From contig CAVZLN010000004.1 in assembly GCA_963776245.1 (NCBI GenBank), forward strand, positions 1-64,000: a stretch of DNA of 64,000 nt, in the 5' to 3' direction. The notes below the pieces were generated by a model. The model was not told where the DNA came from and ran no database searches. It saw nothing but the letters and a program-made list of their open reading frames with translations. A program made the position numbers and the translations under genes. Of this stretch, positions 30,361 through 42,276 are shown one piece after another (position 1 is the stretch's first letter; every line of letters begins with the position of its first letter). The stretch comes from Candidatus Eiseniibacteriota bacterium (GTDB lineage Bacteria > Eisenbacteria > RBG-16-71-46).

Positions 30361-31874
30361 ATGATCGACCTCGGTTCGCGGCGGCTCACGCTCGACGACG
30401 TGGTGCGCGTGGCGCGCGAGGCGGAGACCGTCGCGCTGCCGGCGGCGACGCGGAAGGCGGTGGCGCAGGGGCGCGAGGTCATCGAGTCCGCGCTGCGCGC
30501 GGATCGCGTGGTGTACGGCGTGACCACCGGATTCGGGGAGCTCAAGGACCGCCGCATCCCGGCCGACCAGGTGGCGGCGCTCCAGGTGAACCTGCTGCGT
30601 TCGCATGCCGCCGGGGTCGGCGCCGCGGCGCCGCGCGAGGTGGTGCGCGCCATGCTCCTGCTGCGCGCGGCCTCGCTCGCGCACGGGCACTCGGGGGTGC
30701 GCCCGGCGGTGGTCGAGGCGCTGCTCGCGCTGCTCGAGCGGGACGTCACCCCGGTGGTACCGGTGCAGGGGTCGGTGGGCGCGTCGGGGGACCTCGCGCC
30801 GCTGGCGCATCTGGCGGGTGTGCTGACCGGCGAGGGCGAGGCGTGGCTCGGGCCGCAGCGCATGCCGGCGGCGCTGGCACTCCGCGGCGCCGGGCTGCAG
30901 CCGCTCACGCTCGAGGCGAAGGAGGGGCTCGCGCTCATCAACGGCACCCAGTTCTCCACCGCCTGGGCCGCGCTCGCCTGTGCCGACGCGCGCCGCGTCT
31001 GGGAAGCCGCGCTGGCCGCCGCCGCGCTCTCCACCGAGGTGCTGCTGGGGTCCTTCGCCCCGGCGCGCGAGGACGTGCAGGCGCTGCGGCCCTACCCCGG
31101 GGCGCGCGAGGCGGCGCGTCGGCTGCGCGCGTACAGCGAGGACTCGGGCCTGGTCGCGTCGCACGAGGACTGCGGACAGGTGCAGGACGCATACAGCCTG
31201 CGCTGCGTGGCCCCGGTGATGGGCGCGTCCTGGGACGCGCTCGAGCACGTGCGCGCGCAGCTCGAGATCGAGCTCAACAGCGTGAACGACAACCCGCTGG
31301 TGTTCCCGGGATCGGGCGAGGTGGTCTCGGCCGGCCTGTTCCACGCCCAGCCGGTGGCACTGGCGGCCGACTACCTGAAGATCGCGGTGGCCGAGATCGC
31401 CTCGCTCTCCGAGCGGCGCATCGACCGCCTGCTGGACCGCAGCGTCTCGGGCCTGCCGCCGATGCTGGCCGCCGACCCGGGGCTCGAGTCCGGATACATG
31501 CTGGCGCAGTACACCGCGGCGGCGCTGGTGTCGGAGAACAAGGTGCTGGCGCATCCGGCGAGCGTGGACTCCATCCCGACCGGCGCGGGCGTGGAGGACC
31601 ATGTGAGCATGGCGCCGATCGCCGCGCGCCACGCGCGCGAGGTGGTGCGCAACGCGGCGCACGTGGTGGCGCTCGAGCTGCTGTGCGGCTGCCGCGCGCT
31701 GGAGTTCCGCCGGCCGCTCACGGCCGGCCATGGCAGCGAGCGCGTGTACGGCGCCATCCGCCGGATCGCGCCCGCGCCGGAAGGCGACCGGCCGCTCTCC
31801 GGGCCGGCCGAGACCGTCGCCCGCTGGGTGCTCTCACGCGCCCCCGAGCGTCTCGCCGAGGAGGTGCTGTCCGC

Positions 31875-31878
<4 letters not shown>
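30361..31878 (+). CDS. hutH: Histidine ammonia-lyase
   Basis: [23 protein letters not shown] (ASG MIO motif), [14 protein letters not shown]. Confidence 0.96.
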
Positions 31879-33548
<1,670 letters not shown>

Positions 33549-33564
33549 AAGGAGGCACGCTCCG

Positions 33565-34860
33565 ATGTCGGTCGGTCCGCTGCGCGATCCCTCCGCCAAG
33601 GCGGTGGCGGGCCGCGCGTCCTATCTCATCCTCCACAACACCTCGGAGGTCGTGACTCCCGATCCCACGGGACACGGCGTGCTGCGGTTCCCGAAGGGCG
33701 CGGTGGTGTTCCGCGACGGCCGCGTGCTCGAGGTGGGCGCGGCGACCGACCTGTTCCGCCGCCACGGGGAGGCTCGTCCGCTCAACGCCTATGGCCGGCT
33801 CGTGACCCCGGGGCTGATCGACTGCCACACCCACATGATCTTCGCCGGACACCGCGCGGTGGAGTTCCAGCGGCGCCTCGCCGGGGAGTCGTACGCGGCG
33901 ATCGCCGCGGCCGGCGGGGGGATCCGCGCGACCGTGAAGGCCACCGCGCAGGAGCGCGACGACACGCTCGAGAAGACGCTCGCCAACCGGCTGGAGCGGT
34001 GGCGCGCCAACGGCTGCACCACGGTCGAGGTGAAGAGCGGCTACGGGCTCAATCACGCGGCCGAGCTGCGCCTGCTCGAGCTCATGCGCGGCGCCGCGCA
34101 GCGGGTCCCCGCGCGGCTGCATCGCACCGCGCTGCTGCTCCACGCGCTGCCCGAGGAATGGCGCGGGCGCCGCGAGAACTATATCGAGGAGTGGTGCGCC
34201 CGGGTGCTGCCCGAGATCTGCCGTCGCGATCTCGCCACCGCGGTGGACGCGTTCTGCGACGAGGTGGCGTTCACGGTGGACGAGTGCCGCCGCCTGCTCA
34301 CGCGCGCCAAGGAACTGGGCCTGGCGGTCAAGCTCCACGCCGACCAGCTGTCGCGCACCGGCGGCGCGTTGCTGGCGGCCGAGCTCGGAGCGGTCTCGGC
34401 CGATCATCTGGAGAGCGCCACCGCCGAGGACTGGACGGCGCTCGCGGCCGCGGGGACGGTGGGCGTGCTGCTGCCGGCCGCCGCCCTGACGCTCGGCCAG
34501 CGCCTGCCCCACGCCACCCTGCTGCGTCCCACCGGCGCGCGGGTCGCGATCGCCACCGACTTCAACCCGGGCACCGCCCCGGCGCAGTCGCTGCTCGAGT
34601 GCGCCTCGCTGGCGGCGCGGCTGTGCGGCTTCACCGCCGAGGAGTCGCTGCTGGCCATCACCTGGAACGCGGCGCGCGCGCTCGGCGTCGAGGCCGAGGT
34701 CGGTCATCTCAATCCCGGCGCGTGGGGCGACGCCGTGACGTGGGAATGCGAGACCCTCGACGAGCTGACCTACTGGATGCCCGCGGTGCGGCCCGACACG
34801 GTGTTCATGCGCGGCGCCGACCTGGCGTTCCCGACGGTCGAGCGGCGGGTGTGGCCGTGA
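33565..34860 (+). CDS. hutI: Imidazolonepropionase
   Basis: PGLIDCHTHMIFAG, EVKSGYGL, KLHADQL, ATDFNPG. Confidence 0.95.
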   Translation: MSVGPLRDPSAKAVAGRASYLILHNTSEVVTPDPTGHGVLRFPKGAVVFRDGRVLEVGAATDLFRRHGEARPLNAYGRLVTPGLIDCHTHMIFAGHRAVEFQRRLAGESYAAIAAAGGGIRATVKATAQERDDTLEKTLANRLERWRANGCTTVEVKSGYGLNHAAELRLLELMRGAAQRVPARLHRTALLLHALPEEWRGRRENYIEEWCARVLPEICRRDLATAVDAFCDEVAFTVDECRRLLTRAKELGLAVKLHADQLSRTGGALLAAELGAVSADHLESATAEDWTALAAAGTVGVLLPAAALTLGQRLPHATLLRPTGARVAIATDFNPGTAPAQSLLECASLAARLCGFTAEESLLAITWNAARALGVEAEVGHLNPGAWGDAVTWECETLDELTYWMPAVRPDTVFMRGADLAFPTVERRVWP

Positions 34861-34995
34861 ACGGCGCGCGGGCGCGCTCCTTCGCCCTGCCGCGGGCGCG
34901 TCCTCCGGCCGGCCGGTCGTCGCCCGGCCCGCGGGTGTTCACCGATCCGATGTCGTGGGCCATCCGGCCCTGATCCCGAGGAGACCCTGCCCATC

Positions 34996-36528
34996 ATGGC
35001 CCAGCTCGTCGAATGCGTCCCCAACTTCTCCGAAGGCCGCCGCCGCGAGGTGGTGGAAGCGCTGATCGAGACCATCGCCGCGGTCCCGGGCGCGATGGTG
35101 CTCGACTCCGAGATGGATCCCGACCACAATCGCTGCGTGCTGACGTTCGCCGGCGAGCCCGCGCCGGTGATGGAGGCCGCGGTGCGCGTGGTGAAGCGCG
35201 CCGCCGAGCTCATCGATCTCAACCAGCACACCGGCCAGCACCCGCGCATGGGCGCGACCGACGTGGTGCCGTTCGTCCCGGTGGAGAACGTCACGCTCGA
35301 GGATTGCGCCGAGATGGCGCGCGTGGTGGGGCGGCGCATCGGCGAGGAGGCCGGGGTGCCGGTGTTCCTCTACGAGGCCGCGGCCTCGCGGCCCGACCGG
35401 GTGAGCCTCGCCGACGTGCGGCGCGGCGAGTTCGAGGGCCTGCGCGAGCTCATCGGCACCGACCCCAGGCGCGCCCCGGACTTCGGCCCCGCGCACATCC
35501 ACCCCACCGCCGGGGCCACCGCGGTGGGCGCGCGGCGCTTCCTGGTGGCGTTCAACGCCAACCTGAACACCGGTGACGTGCGCGTGGCCAAGGCGGTCGC
35601 GAACGCCATCCGCGAACAGAGCGGGGGGCTCAAGCACGTGCGCGCGCTCGGGTTCTCGATCGAGGGCGGCCGGCGCGCACAGGTCAGCATGAACCTGGTG
35701 AACACCGAGGCCACGCCCATCCACCGCGTGCTGGCGCTGGTGCGGGACGAGGCGGCGCGCCGCGGCGCCGCGATCTCGGGCTGCGAGATGGTCGGCCTGG
35801 TGCCCGAGTACGCGCTGCTCGACGCGGCCGAGCACGCGCTCCAGCTCGAGGGCTTCCGTCGCGACCAGGTGCTCGAGCTGCGCCTGCGCACCCCTCCGCT
35901 CTCGGGCGCGGTCTCGCTCGGCGGGTTCTTCGAGCAGGTCGCCGGTCCCACCCCGACGCCGGGCGGAGGCACGGTGTCCGCGGTGGTGGGGGCGCTCGGC
36001 GCGGCGCTGGCGAACATGGTCGCGAATCTCACCCTCGGCAAGAAGAAGTACGCGGGGGTCGAGGAGGAGATGCGCGCGATCAAGCGCGAGGCCGGCGAGG
36101 CGCAGCGCGCGCTGATGGGACTGGCCCGGCGCGACAGCGAAGCCTTCGACGCGGTGCTCGCGGCCCGCCGGCTGCCCCAGGGCACCGAGCCCGAGCAGGC
36201 CGGGCGGGCCACCGCGGTGGCGGCGGCCGAGCTCGAGGCCGCCCGGGTCCCGCTGCTCACCGCCGAGGCCTGCCTGGGGGTGATCCGGCTGGCCGAACGG
36301 GCGGCGCGGCAGGGGAATGTGAACGCGGCCAGCGACGCCGGGGTATCCGGTCTGGTGGCGGCGGCGGCGGCGGAAGGGGCGCTCCTGAACGTGGAAATCA
36401 ACCTGAAGTCACTGCCCCCCTCGGCCGATAAGACCGACGTGGAGATGCGCCTGCAAGGACTGCGCGCGGGGGTGGGCGAATCCAGCCGCCGCTGTCGCGA
36501 GGCCGTGCACGGAGCTTTGAGCGCCTGA
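34996..36528 (+). CDS. ftcD: Bifunctional glutamate formimidoyltransferase / formiminotetrahydrofolate cyclodeaminase
   Basis: VECVPNFSEGR, DPDHNR, HPRMGATDVVPF; C-terminal PTPGGGTVSA and GNVNAASDA. Confidence 0.93.
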   Translation: MAQLVECVPNFSEGRRREVVEALIETIAAVPGAMVLDSEMDPDHNRCVLTFAGEPAPVMEAAVRVVKRAAELIDLNQHTGQHPRMGATDVVPFVPVENVTLEDCAEMARVVGRRIGEEAGVPVFLYEAAASRPDRVSLADVRRGEFEGLRELIGTDPRRAPDFGPAHIHPTAGATAVGARRFLVAFNANLNTGDVRVAKAVANAIREQSGGLKHVRALGFSIEGGRRAQVSMNLVNTEATPIHRVLALVRDEAARRGAAISGCEMVGLVPEYALLDAAEHALQLEGFRRDQVLELRLRTPPLSGAVSLGGFFEQVAGPTPTPGGGTVSAVVGALGAALANMVANLTLGKKKYAGVEEEMRAIKREAGEAQRALMGLARRDSEAFDAVLAARRLPQGTEPEQAGRATAVAAAELEAARVPLLTAEACLGVIRLAERAARQGNVNAASDAGVSGLVAAAAAEGALLNVEINLKSLPPSADKTDVEMRLQGLRAGVGESSRRCREAVHGALSA

Positions 36529-36588
36529 CAAGGACGACAGAGCCGGGGTCGACGCGTCGCCCGGCGCGCCTCGCGGAGAACAGCCAAC

Positions 36589-38685
36589 TTGGAAAAGGCG
36601 ATCGAGATCAAGCGACGGGCCCAGCGGTGCGTCCAGAACGGGGATCTGGACGGAGCGCTGGCCGAGTACGAGAAGCTCGTCGCGGTCGTGGACTCCGACC
36701 CCTACAACTTCGTGCTGCTCGCCGATCTGCTCTACAAGAAGGGCGAGACCGGCCAGGCGTCGCAGCGCTATCTCGCCGCCGCGACCGCTTACGAGACCCA
36801 CGGCCTGTTCAAGAACGCGATCGCGGTCTGCAAGAAGATGATGCGGCTGTCGCTGGCGCCGCTCGAGGTGCTCGAGCGGCTGGCGAACCTCCACACCCTC
36901 GACGGCCTCGCCACCGAGTCCGCGTTGTACTCGGTGCAGTACGCCGACCTGCTGCTGTCGCAGAACGAGGTCGAGCGCGCGATCGTCGCGCTCGAGAAGG
37001 CGTACGCCGTCGCTCCCGACAATCTCAAGTCGCTCGAGAAGCTCGGCGAGGCCCGTCTGCTGCTGGGTGAGCCGGAGCAGGCCGCGCGCACCCTCCACGA
37101 GGCGAGCCGCCAGTACGAACGCGTGGGTCAGCTGAAGGACGCCGCGCGCTGCCGTCGCCGCGCCGAGCAGCTGATGCCGGGGCACGCGGGCGCCCTCGAC
37201 GACCCGCCTGCGGCGGCGCCCGGGTCCGCGGCTGAGACCGACGCGCCGCCGGAGCTCGAGTCGTCGTCGGATCTCGAGTCGTCGGACCTCGGGCCCGGCC
37301 CGCCGCTCGAGCTGGACGACCACATGCACCTCGGCGCGCGGGACAGCGGGGAACCGCTCGGGCCCCCGGCGCTGCACGGCTACCGGGAGGATCTCGCGGC
37401 CGCACAGCCCGCGGCCGCCGTCGCCACCGAGGCGGTGCCTGCGCCGGCGGCCGAGCCCGTGCCGACGGCGTCCGCTCCCGTGAGCCCGCCGCGGCTTTCG
37501 ATCGCGCTGTCCCCGGAGGGCGCCCCGGCTCACGAGTCCTCGTCCCCTGCGACGGAGGAGGGACCTTCCGGGAACGGTGCCGGCGAGGCGGAGCCCGCGA
37601 AGGGCGAGACCCCCGAGTCCCCGGGCCTGAGCTTCGAGGCCGCCACGCGCGCCCCCGCCCCGAAGCCGGGGAAGGAGCCGGCCAGCCTGGCGCATGTCGA
37701 GCGCCTGCTCGCCGAAGCGCAGGAGTCGTTCCGCACCGGGGAACGCGAGGCGGCCAGCCGCGCGCTCGCGGGCGCGGCGCTCGCGTACGAAGCGATCGGA
37801 CGGCTCGACAGCGCGGCCACCATCTACCGCAGTCTCGGCAAGAGCGCGCACGCGACGCACGACGTGCTCATGCAGTGGTTCGCCAACTGCGAGCGCCGGG
37901 GCGATCACGCCGAGGCGGCGCAGGTGGCGTGTGAGCTGGGCGACCGCGCGCTGAACGAGGGCGACAGCGACGACGCGCTCGGCTGGTTCCAGCGCGCCCA
38001 GAGCCTGGATGCGCAGAACGAGCTCGCGCGTCGCCGGCTGCAGCGGCTGGCGCCGGCGCCCGCTCCCGGGGCGGTGGCCACCCTCACCGAAGCCGCCCCC
38101 GAAGCCCAGCCCGCGCCCGCCGAGGCGGCGGGGACCGCGGGCGCCGCGGCGCCGTCGGTGGCCGCAACGGGCGCGGGACCGAAGCCGGCCACGGGTATGC
38201 CCGAGCCGGGCCGGGTCGAGGTCGCGGTCGGCCGCGGCGAGGCGGTGACGTTCGACCTCGGCGCGCTCATCGGCGAGTTCCAGCGTGGGGTCGAGGCTCA
38301 GCTTTCCGGCGACGCCCAGAGCCACTACGATCTGGGCATGGCGTACCGCGAGATGGGCCTGCTCGAGCAGGCGCTGGATTCCTTCCGGGTCGCCGGGCAG
38401 GACCCGGTGTTCCGCGAGCGGGTGATCGAGATGGTCGGCCGGTGCCTGCTCGACCAGGGTTGCTTCGACGACGCGACGCAGGCGTTCGAAGAGGCGCTCG
38501 CCGACGCGTCGCGGGACCCCGCTCATCAGGTGAGCGTGCGCTTCCTGCTCGGCCTCGCCCACGAAGCGGCCGGCCGCAGCGCGGAAGCGCTCGGGGAATT
38601 CGAGCGCGTGTACGCCGCGCAGCCGTCGTTCCCGGACGTGGCGCAGAAGATCCGCGTGCTCCGGAAGACGATGGAGAACCTCTGA
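36589..38685 (+). CDS. Multi-TPR protein with acidic/Pro-rich linkers (SgmX/FimV-C-like architecture)
   Basis: N-terminal TPRs (YNFVLLADLLYKKG), low-complexity linkers, C-terminal DAQSHYDLGMAYREMGL...FPDVAQKI. Confidence 0.75.
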   Translation: MEKAIEIKRRAQRCVQNGDLDGALAEYEKLVAVVDSDPYNFVLLADLLYKKGETGQASQRYLAAATAYETHGLFKNAIAVCKKMMRLSLAPLEVLERLANLHTLDGLATESALYSVQYADLLLSQNEVERAIVALEKAYAVAPDNLKSLEKLGEARLLLGEPEQAARTLHEASRQYERVGQLKDAARCRRRAEQLMPGHAGALDDPPAAAPGSAAETDAPPELESSSDLESSDLGPGPPLELDDHMHLGARDSGEPLGPPALHGYREDLAAAQPAAAVATEAVPAPAAEPVPTASAPVSPPRLSIALSPEGAPAHESSSPATEEGPSGNGAGEAEPAKGETPESPGLSFEAATRAPAPKPGKEPASLAHVERLLAEAQESFRTGEREAASRALAGAALAYEAIGRLDSAATIYRSLGKSAHATHDVLMQWFANCERRGDHAEAAQVACELGDRALNEGDSDDALGWFQRAQSLDAQNELARRRLQRLAPAPAPGAVATLTEAAPEAQPAPAEAAGTAGAAAPSVAATGAGPKPATGMPEPGRVEVAVGRGEAVTFDLGALIGEFQRGVEAQLSGDAQSHYDLGMAYREMGLLEQALDSFRVAGQDPVFRERVIEMVGRCLLDQGCFDDATQAFEEALADASRDPAHQVSVRFLLGLAHEAAGRSAEALGEFERVYAAQPSFPDVAQKIRVLRKTMENL

Positions 38686-39530
38686 TGCCCCGGCCGCCCG
38701 CGCGAGAGGGCGGTCGGCGCCTCGATCTCCACACCCACACCATCTTCAGCGACGGCCTGCTCACTCCCGAGGAGCTGGTGGAGCGCGCGGGCGTGCGCGG
38801 TCTCGCCGCCGTGGCGATCACCGATCACGACTCGGTGGACGGCATCGCCCGGGCGCGCGCCGCGGCGGGGCCGGCGCTCGAGGTGGTGCCGGGCATCGAG
38901 ATCTCGACGCTCGGCGAGGGGCTCGAGCTCCACATCCTCGGCTTCTACCTCGACGGGGACGACCCGGGTCTGGGCGAGCGCCTCTCGCGCTTCCGCGAGG
39001 AGCGGGTGAAGCGTGCCGAGGCGATGGCCGAGCGACTCGGCACCCTGGGTGTGCCGGTGGACGTCGCCGACGTGCTCGAGCGCGCCACGCCCGGGGTCGT
39101 GGGACGTCCCCACCTGGCCGACGCCATGATGCGCGCGGGCCATGTCGGCACCATCGACGAGGCCTTCCGGCGCTATCTCGGCGCCCGCGGCGAAGCGTTC
39201 GTGCCGCGGCCGGCCTTCCGGCCGGAGGAGGCCATCGCCCTGATCCACGCTGCCGGAGGCGTGAGCGTGCTGGCCCACCCGGGCATGAGCGTGAGCGACT
39301 CCCTGGTCGAGCGGCTCGCGGGGCACGGCCTGCGCGGCATCGAGGTGTGGCACCCGCAGCACGGCCCGGCGCTCCAGCGCCGCTACCGCGCGCTGGCGCA
39401 GCGCCTCGGGCTGCTCGCGACCGGAGGGACGGACTTCCATGCCCCCGGGCGTGGGCTCGACCTCGGCGACCTGCCGGTGCCGGCGAACGTGCTCGCCTCC
39501 CTCAAGCAGGCGGCCGGCGTCGCCGGCTGA
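38685..39530 (+). CDS. PHP-domain phosphoesterase (YciV/TrpH-like)
   Basis: DLHTHTIFSDG, ITDHD, HILG, GRPHLA, LAHP, GGTDFH. Confidence 0.92.
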   Translation: MPRPPAREGGRRLDLHTHTIFSDGLLTPEELVERAGVRGLAAVAITDHDSVDGIARARAAAGPALEVVPGIEISTLGEGLELHILGFYLDGDDPGLGERLSRFREERVKRAEAMAERLGTLGVPVDVADVLERATPGVVGRPHLADAMMRAGHVGTIDEAFRRYLGARGEAFVPRPAFRPEEAIALIHAAGGVSVLAHPGMSVSDSLVERLAGHGLRGIEVWHPQHGPALQRRYRALAQRLGLLATGGTDFHAPGRGLDLGDLPVPANVLASLKQAAGVAG

Positions 39531-39548
39531 TCGCACCCGGCCCGCGCG

Positions 39549-39578
39549 TTGACTCCCGCCGCGCGGCGCGACTAACCT
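39549..39578 (+). promoter_or_regulatory. Putative sigma70 promoter
   Basis: TTGACT-N18-TAACCT upstream of the S-component gene. Confidence 0.5.
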
Positions 39579-39620
39579 GCGGCACGCCCCGGACGTCCGC
39601 CCCCAGGGAGACCACGCGCC

Positions 39621-40160
39621 ATCGCACCCGAACGCCTGTCCACACGCCGCCTCTCGTACGCGGCCCTCATGGTGGCGGCGGGGCTCACCGGGGTGTACGC
39701 CGAGACCGTCCCGAACTTCGAAGTGCTCACCCTCGTGGTGTTCCTGTCGGGCGTGCTGCTCGGGGTGCGCGGCGGGATGACGGTGGGCCTGCTCACCATG
39801 CTGGTGTACTCGCTGCTGAACCCGTACGGCGCGGTCCACCCGCTGGTGACCGCCGCCCAGGTGACCGGCGAGATGCTCGCCGGCGCGGCCGGCGGTGGTG
39901 GCGGGCGCGCCGGGCTCGAGCGTCTCGGCGGCGCCGGACGTGCGGCCGTGCTGGCCGTGCTGGCGATCGTGCTCACCGCCGCCTTCGACCTGGTCACGAA
40001 CCTCGCGACCGGGGTGGTGTTCGGTCAGATGAAGGTCACTCTGCTCGGAGGGATCCCGTTCGCCTTATGGCACATCGGGTGGAACGTCGTGCTGTTCGTG
40101 GCGCTGGGCACTCCGCTGGTGCGGGTGTTCGCGCACTATCGCGAGCGGCTGTCGTCCTGA
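39621..40160 (+). CDS. ECF transporter S-component (CbrT-like)
   Basis: Hydrophobic protein of ~180 aa: STRRLSYAALMVA...VPNFEVLTLVVFLSGVLLG...WHIGWN. First ATG at 39669, but the in-frame protein-like sequence extends to ATC 39621. Confidence 0.7.
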   Translation: MAPERLSTRRLSYAALMVAAGLTGVYAETVPNFEVLTLVVFLSGVLLGVRGGMTVGLLTMLVYSLLNPYGAVHPLVTAAQVTGEMLAGAAGGGGGRAGLERLGGAGRAAVLAVLAIVLTAAFDLVTNLATGVVFGQMKVTLLGGIPFALWHIGWNVVLFVALGTPLVRVFAHYRERLSS

Positions 40161-41848
40161 CGCTGGCGTTGGCGGCGCCGCGTGCGGGCGCCGGGAGCTC
40201 GCCGGACGCCGGGGACGCCACGCTGCGCTCCGCCGCGCTTCCCGGCCTCGAGGCGTGGTGGGCCGAGCCCGGCCGGGCCGGCTCCATGCCGGCGGCGTGG
40301 CTTTCGCCCGCCTTCCCGCGGGTGTACGCGGGACACGTGCTGGGCGGGATCGGACTCGCGGACGATGGCCGCGCGGCACCCCCGAGTCCGTGGCCGGGAT
40401 CGGCCGCGGACACGCGGCCGCTCGCGTGGTCGGACAGCGTGCGCGCCGAGCTGGCCCCGGCGGGCGGTCCGGGCGGGACGCTGGCGCGCGCGGAGGCGGG
40501 CCGCGAGGTGCCGGGGATCCGCAGCGCCTGGGCGATGTTCGGGTACACCACCGGGGACAACAACGTGGAGGAGACCTCCCTGCTCGCCGAGCGCGGCGAC
40601 GCCCAGCGCGGGCTGCGCTACGAGGTGCTCTCCGCCTCGCGCGGCGCGGCGGGATCGCTCGGCCCCGCGGGCCGGCACTTCTGGGGGGTCTCGGGCCGGA
40701 CGGTGCGCGGCCGCCACCGCTTCGAGGCGGCGTATGCCCAGCGCGGCACCCACGACGCGCTGGCGTCATTCGGCGCGTCCGAGTCGGCCCGCGGGGAGTC
40801 CGGCCGGCTGGGGTGGCGTTGGAGCGACGGGTCGCGGGACGCGTCGCTGGTGCTGGCGCGCGCGTACGAAGGGCGCGAGAGCTACGGCGACTGGCTCGCG
40901 TACTCGCGCCGCGACGCGTCCGAGGACCGCGCCACGCTCACGGCCGGGGGCCGCGCGGGCATCCACACCCTGGGCGCGGAGGTCCGCTGGAGCAGCGCGC
41001 GCGTGCGGCGCGCGTGGACCGAAGTGGCGGACTGGCGCACCGAGTCGGTGTGGGGAGTGGCGCGCGCCGCCCGGCCGCTCGGCGAGGGCACGCTCGAGGC
41101 CGCGCTCGCCGGGGGCCGGCACGACGCGGTGGGGGGATGGAGGGTGGCGCCCTCGCTCGCGTACCGTTTCGCGGCGGTGGGCGTGAAGGGCACGGCGAGC
41201 CTCGCGCGCATCGTGACCCCGGCGTGGTCGGACCTGGCGCCCGGGGAGCGCGCCTTCCTCCAGCGCACGTGGGCCGGCGGTTTCGATCTCGCGGCGGGGG
41301 AGGGCCGCGCGCGGGCGCGCCTCGCGTTCCTCGGCGGCACCACCCACGATCGCGCCCTCGTCGGGCGCGCGCCGCTGGCCGAACTGTGGCTGCGCCAGGG
41401 GCTGCGCCGGGAGCGCGGGCGCGCGCCGTTCGCCCTCACCCTCGCGAGCGTGGGCTGGGACGCGCGCGGCTTCGAGACCGGTGCCGAGGGATTCGTGCTC
41501 GCGCAGCGCGATGGCGCGCGGACCGCCGATCCCGACCACGGCTTCCGCGCTCACGCGGGCGTGCGCCTCGGGTTCTTCGGCGGCGATCTGCACCTGACCG
41601 CCCGCGGCGAGGTCGAGGGCAGCGGACCTCGGGCCGTGGACGGGGCACCCGAGCTGCGCGTGCCGGGCTTCGCGAGCGCGGGAGCCGCGCTCACACTGAG
41701 GCTCGCGGACGCCACGGTCACGCTGCGCGCGCGCAATCTCGAGGATCGGCGGCGCGAGGAACCCTGGATCGATCCCGCGACCGGCGCGCTGGCCTTCGGG
41801 ACCGGGCGCGAACTGCGTTTCGCGCTCGGCTGGGCCATCGCGGACTGA
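40067..41848 (+). CDS. Putative outer-membrane beta-barrel (porin/TonB-dependent-receptor-like barrel)
   Basis: Signal-like LSRAAVVLTLALAAPRAGA, amphipathic strands, C-terminal TLRARNLEDRR...GRELRFALGW. Start uncertain. Confidence 0.55.
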   Translation: MAHRVERRAVRGAGHSAGAGVRALSRAAVVLTLALAAPRAGAGSSPDAGDATLRSAALPGLEAWWAEPGRAGSMPAAWLSPAFPRVYAGHVLGGIGLADDGRAAPPSPWPGSAADTRPLAWSDSVRAELAPAGGPGGTLARAEAGREVPGIRSAWAMFGYTTGDNNVEETSLLAERGDAQRGLRYEVLSASRGAAGSLGPAGRHFWGVSGRTVRGRHRFEAAYAQRGTHDALASFGASESARGESGRLGWRWSDGSRDASLVLARAYEGRESYGDWLAYSRRDASEDRATLTAGGRAGIHTLGAEVRWSSARVRRAWTEVADWRTESVWGVARAARPLGEGTLEAALAGGRHDAVGGWRVAPSLAYRFAAVGVKGTASLARIVTPAWSDLAPGERAFLQRTWAGGFDLAAGEGRARARLAFLGGTTHDRALVGRAPLAELWLRQGLRRERGRAPFALTLASVGWDARGFETGAEGFVLAQRDGARTADPDHGFRAHAGVRLGFFGGDLHLTARGEVEGSGPRAVDGAPELRVPGFASAGAALTLRLADATVTLRARNLEDRRREEPWIDPATGALAFGTGRELRFALGWAIAD

Positions 41849-41880
41849 CGCCCCCGGCCACCGCCCCCGCGGGGCCACTC

Positions 41881-42276
41881 GTGATCGATCTCACCCCGGC
41901 CGAGCGCCGGGGCGCGCTGGTGTTCGTCCTGGTGCTCGCGCTCGGCGCGGGCTGGGACCTGTGGCGGGCGCGTCATCCCGAGCTGCGCGCGCTGCCGATC
42001 GCTCCACCGCCCGCGCCGCAGGCGGCGTCGCCCGCGCCGCTCACGGCGGGCCCCGCGCCGGCCACCGCCGCGCTCGATCTCAATCGCGCGAACGTCGCGG
42101 AGCTGGACGCCCTGCCGGGGCTGGGACCGGTGCTGGCGCGGCGGATCGTCGAGCACCGCGCGGCGCACGGCCCGTTCGCGCGCCCGGAGGACCTGCTGGC
42201 GGTGCGCGGCATCGGGCCCCGGCTGTTCGAGCGGCTGCGCGGCCGCGTGTTCGCGGGCCCTCCAACGCCCCCCTGA
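41881..42276 (+). CDS. comEA: ComEA-family helix-hairpin-helix DNA-binding protein
   Basis: N-terminal TM; LDLNRANVAELDALPGLGPVLARRIVEHRAAHGPF..PEDLLAVRGIG. Confidence 0.92.
   Translation: MIDLTPAERRGALVFVLVLALGAGWDLWRARHPELRALPIAPPPAPQAASPAPLTAGPAPATAALDLNRANVAELDALPGLGPVLARRIVEHRAAHGPFARPEDLLAVRGIGPRLFERLRGRVFAGPPTPP

Noticed and set aside
6426..31731. Many long antisense or alternate-frame ORFs (for example 6426-10103, 11439-15431, 22927-26502)
   Set aside because: Shadow ORFs expected from extreme GC3 bias. They have no recognisable motifs and overlap well-supported genes.
39530..39668. Cobalamin riboswitch before the S-component
   Set aside because: The region is too short and has no B12-box or conserved core that I can recognise.
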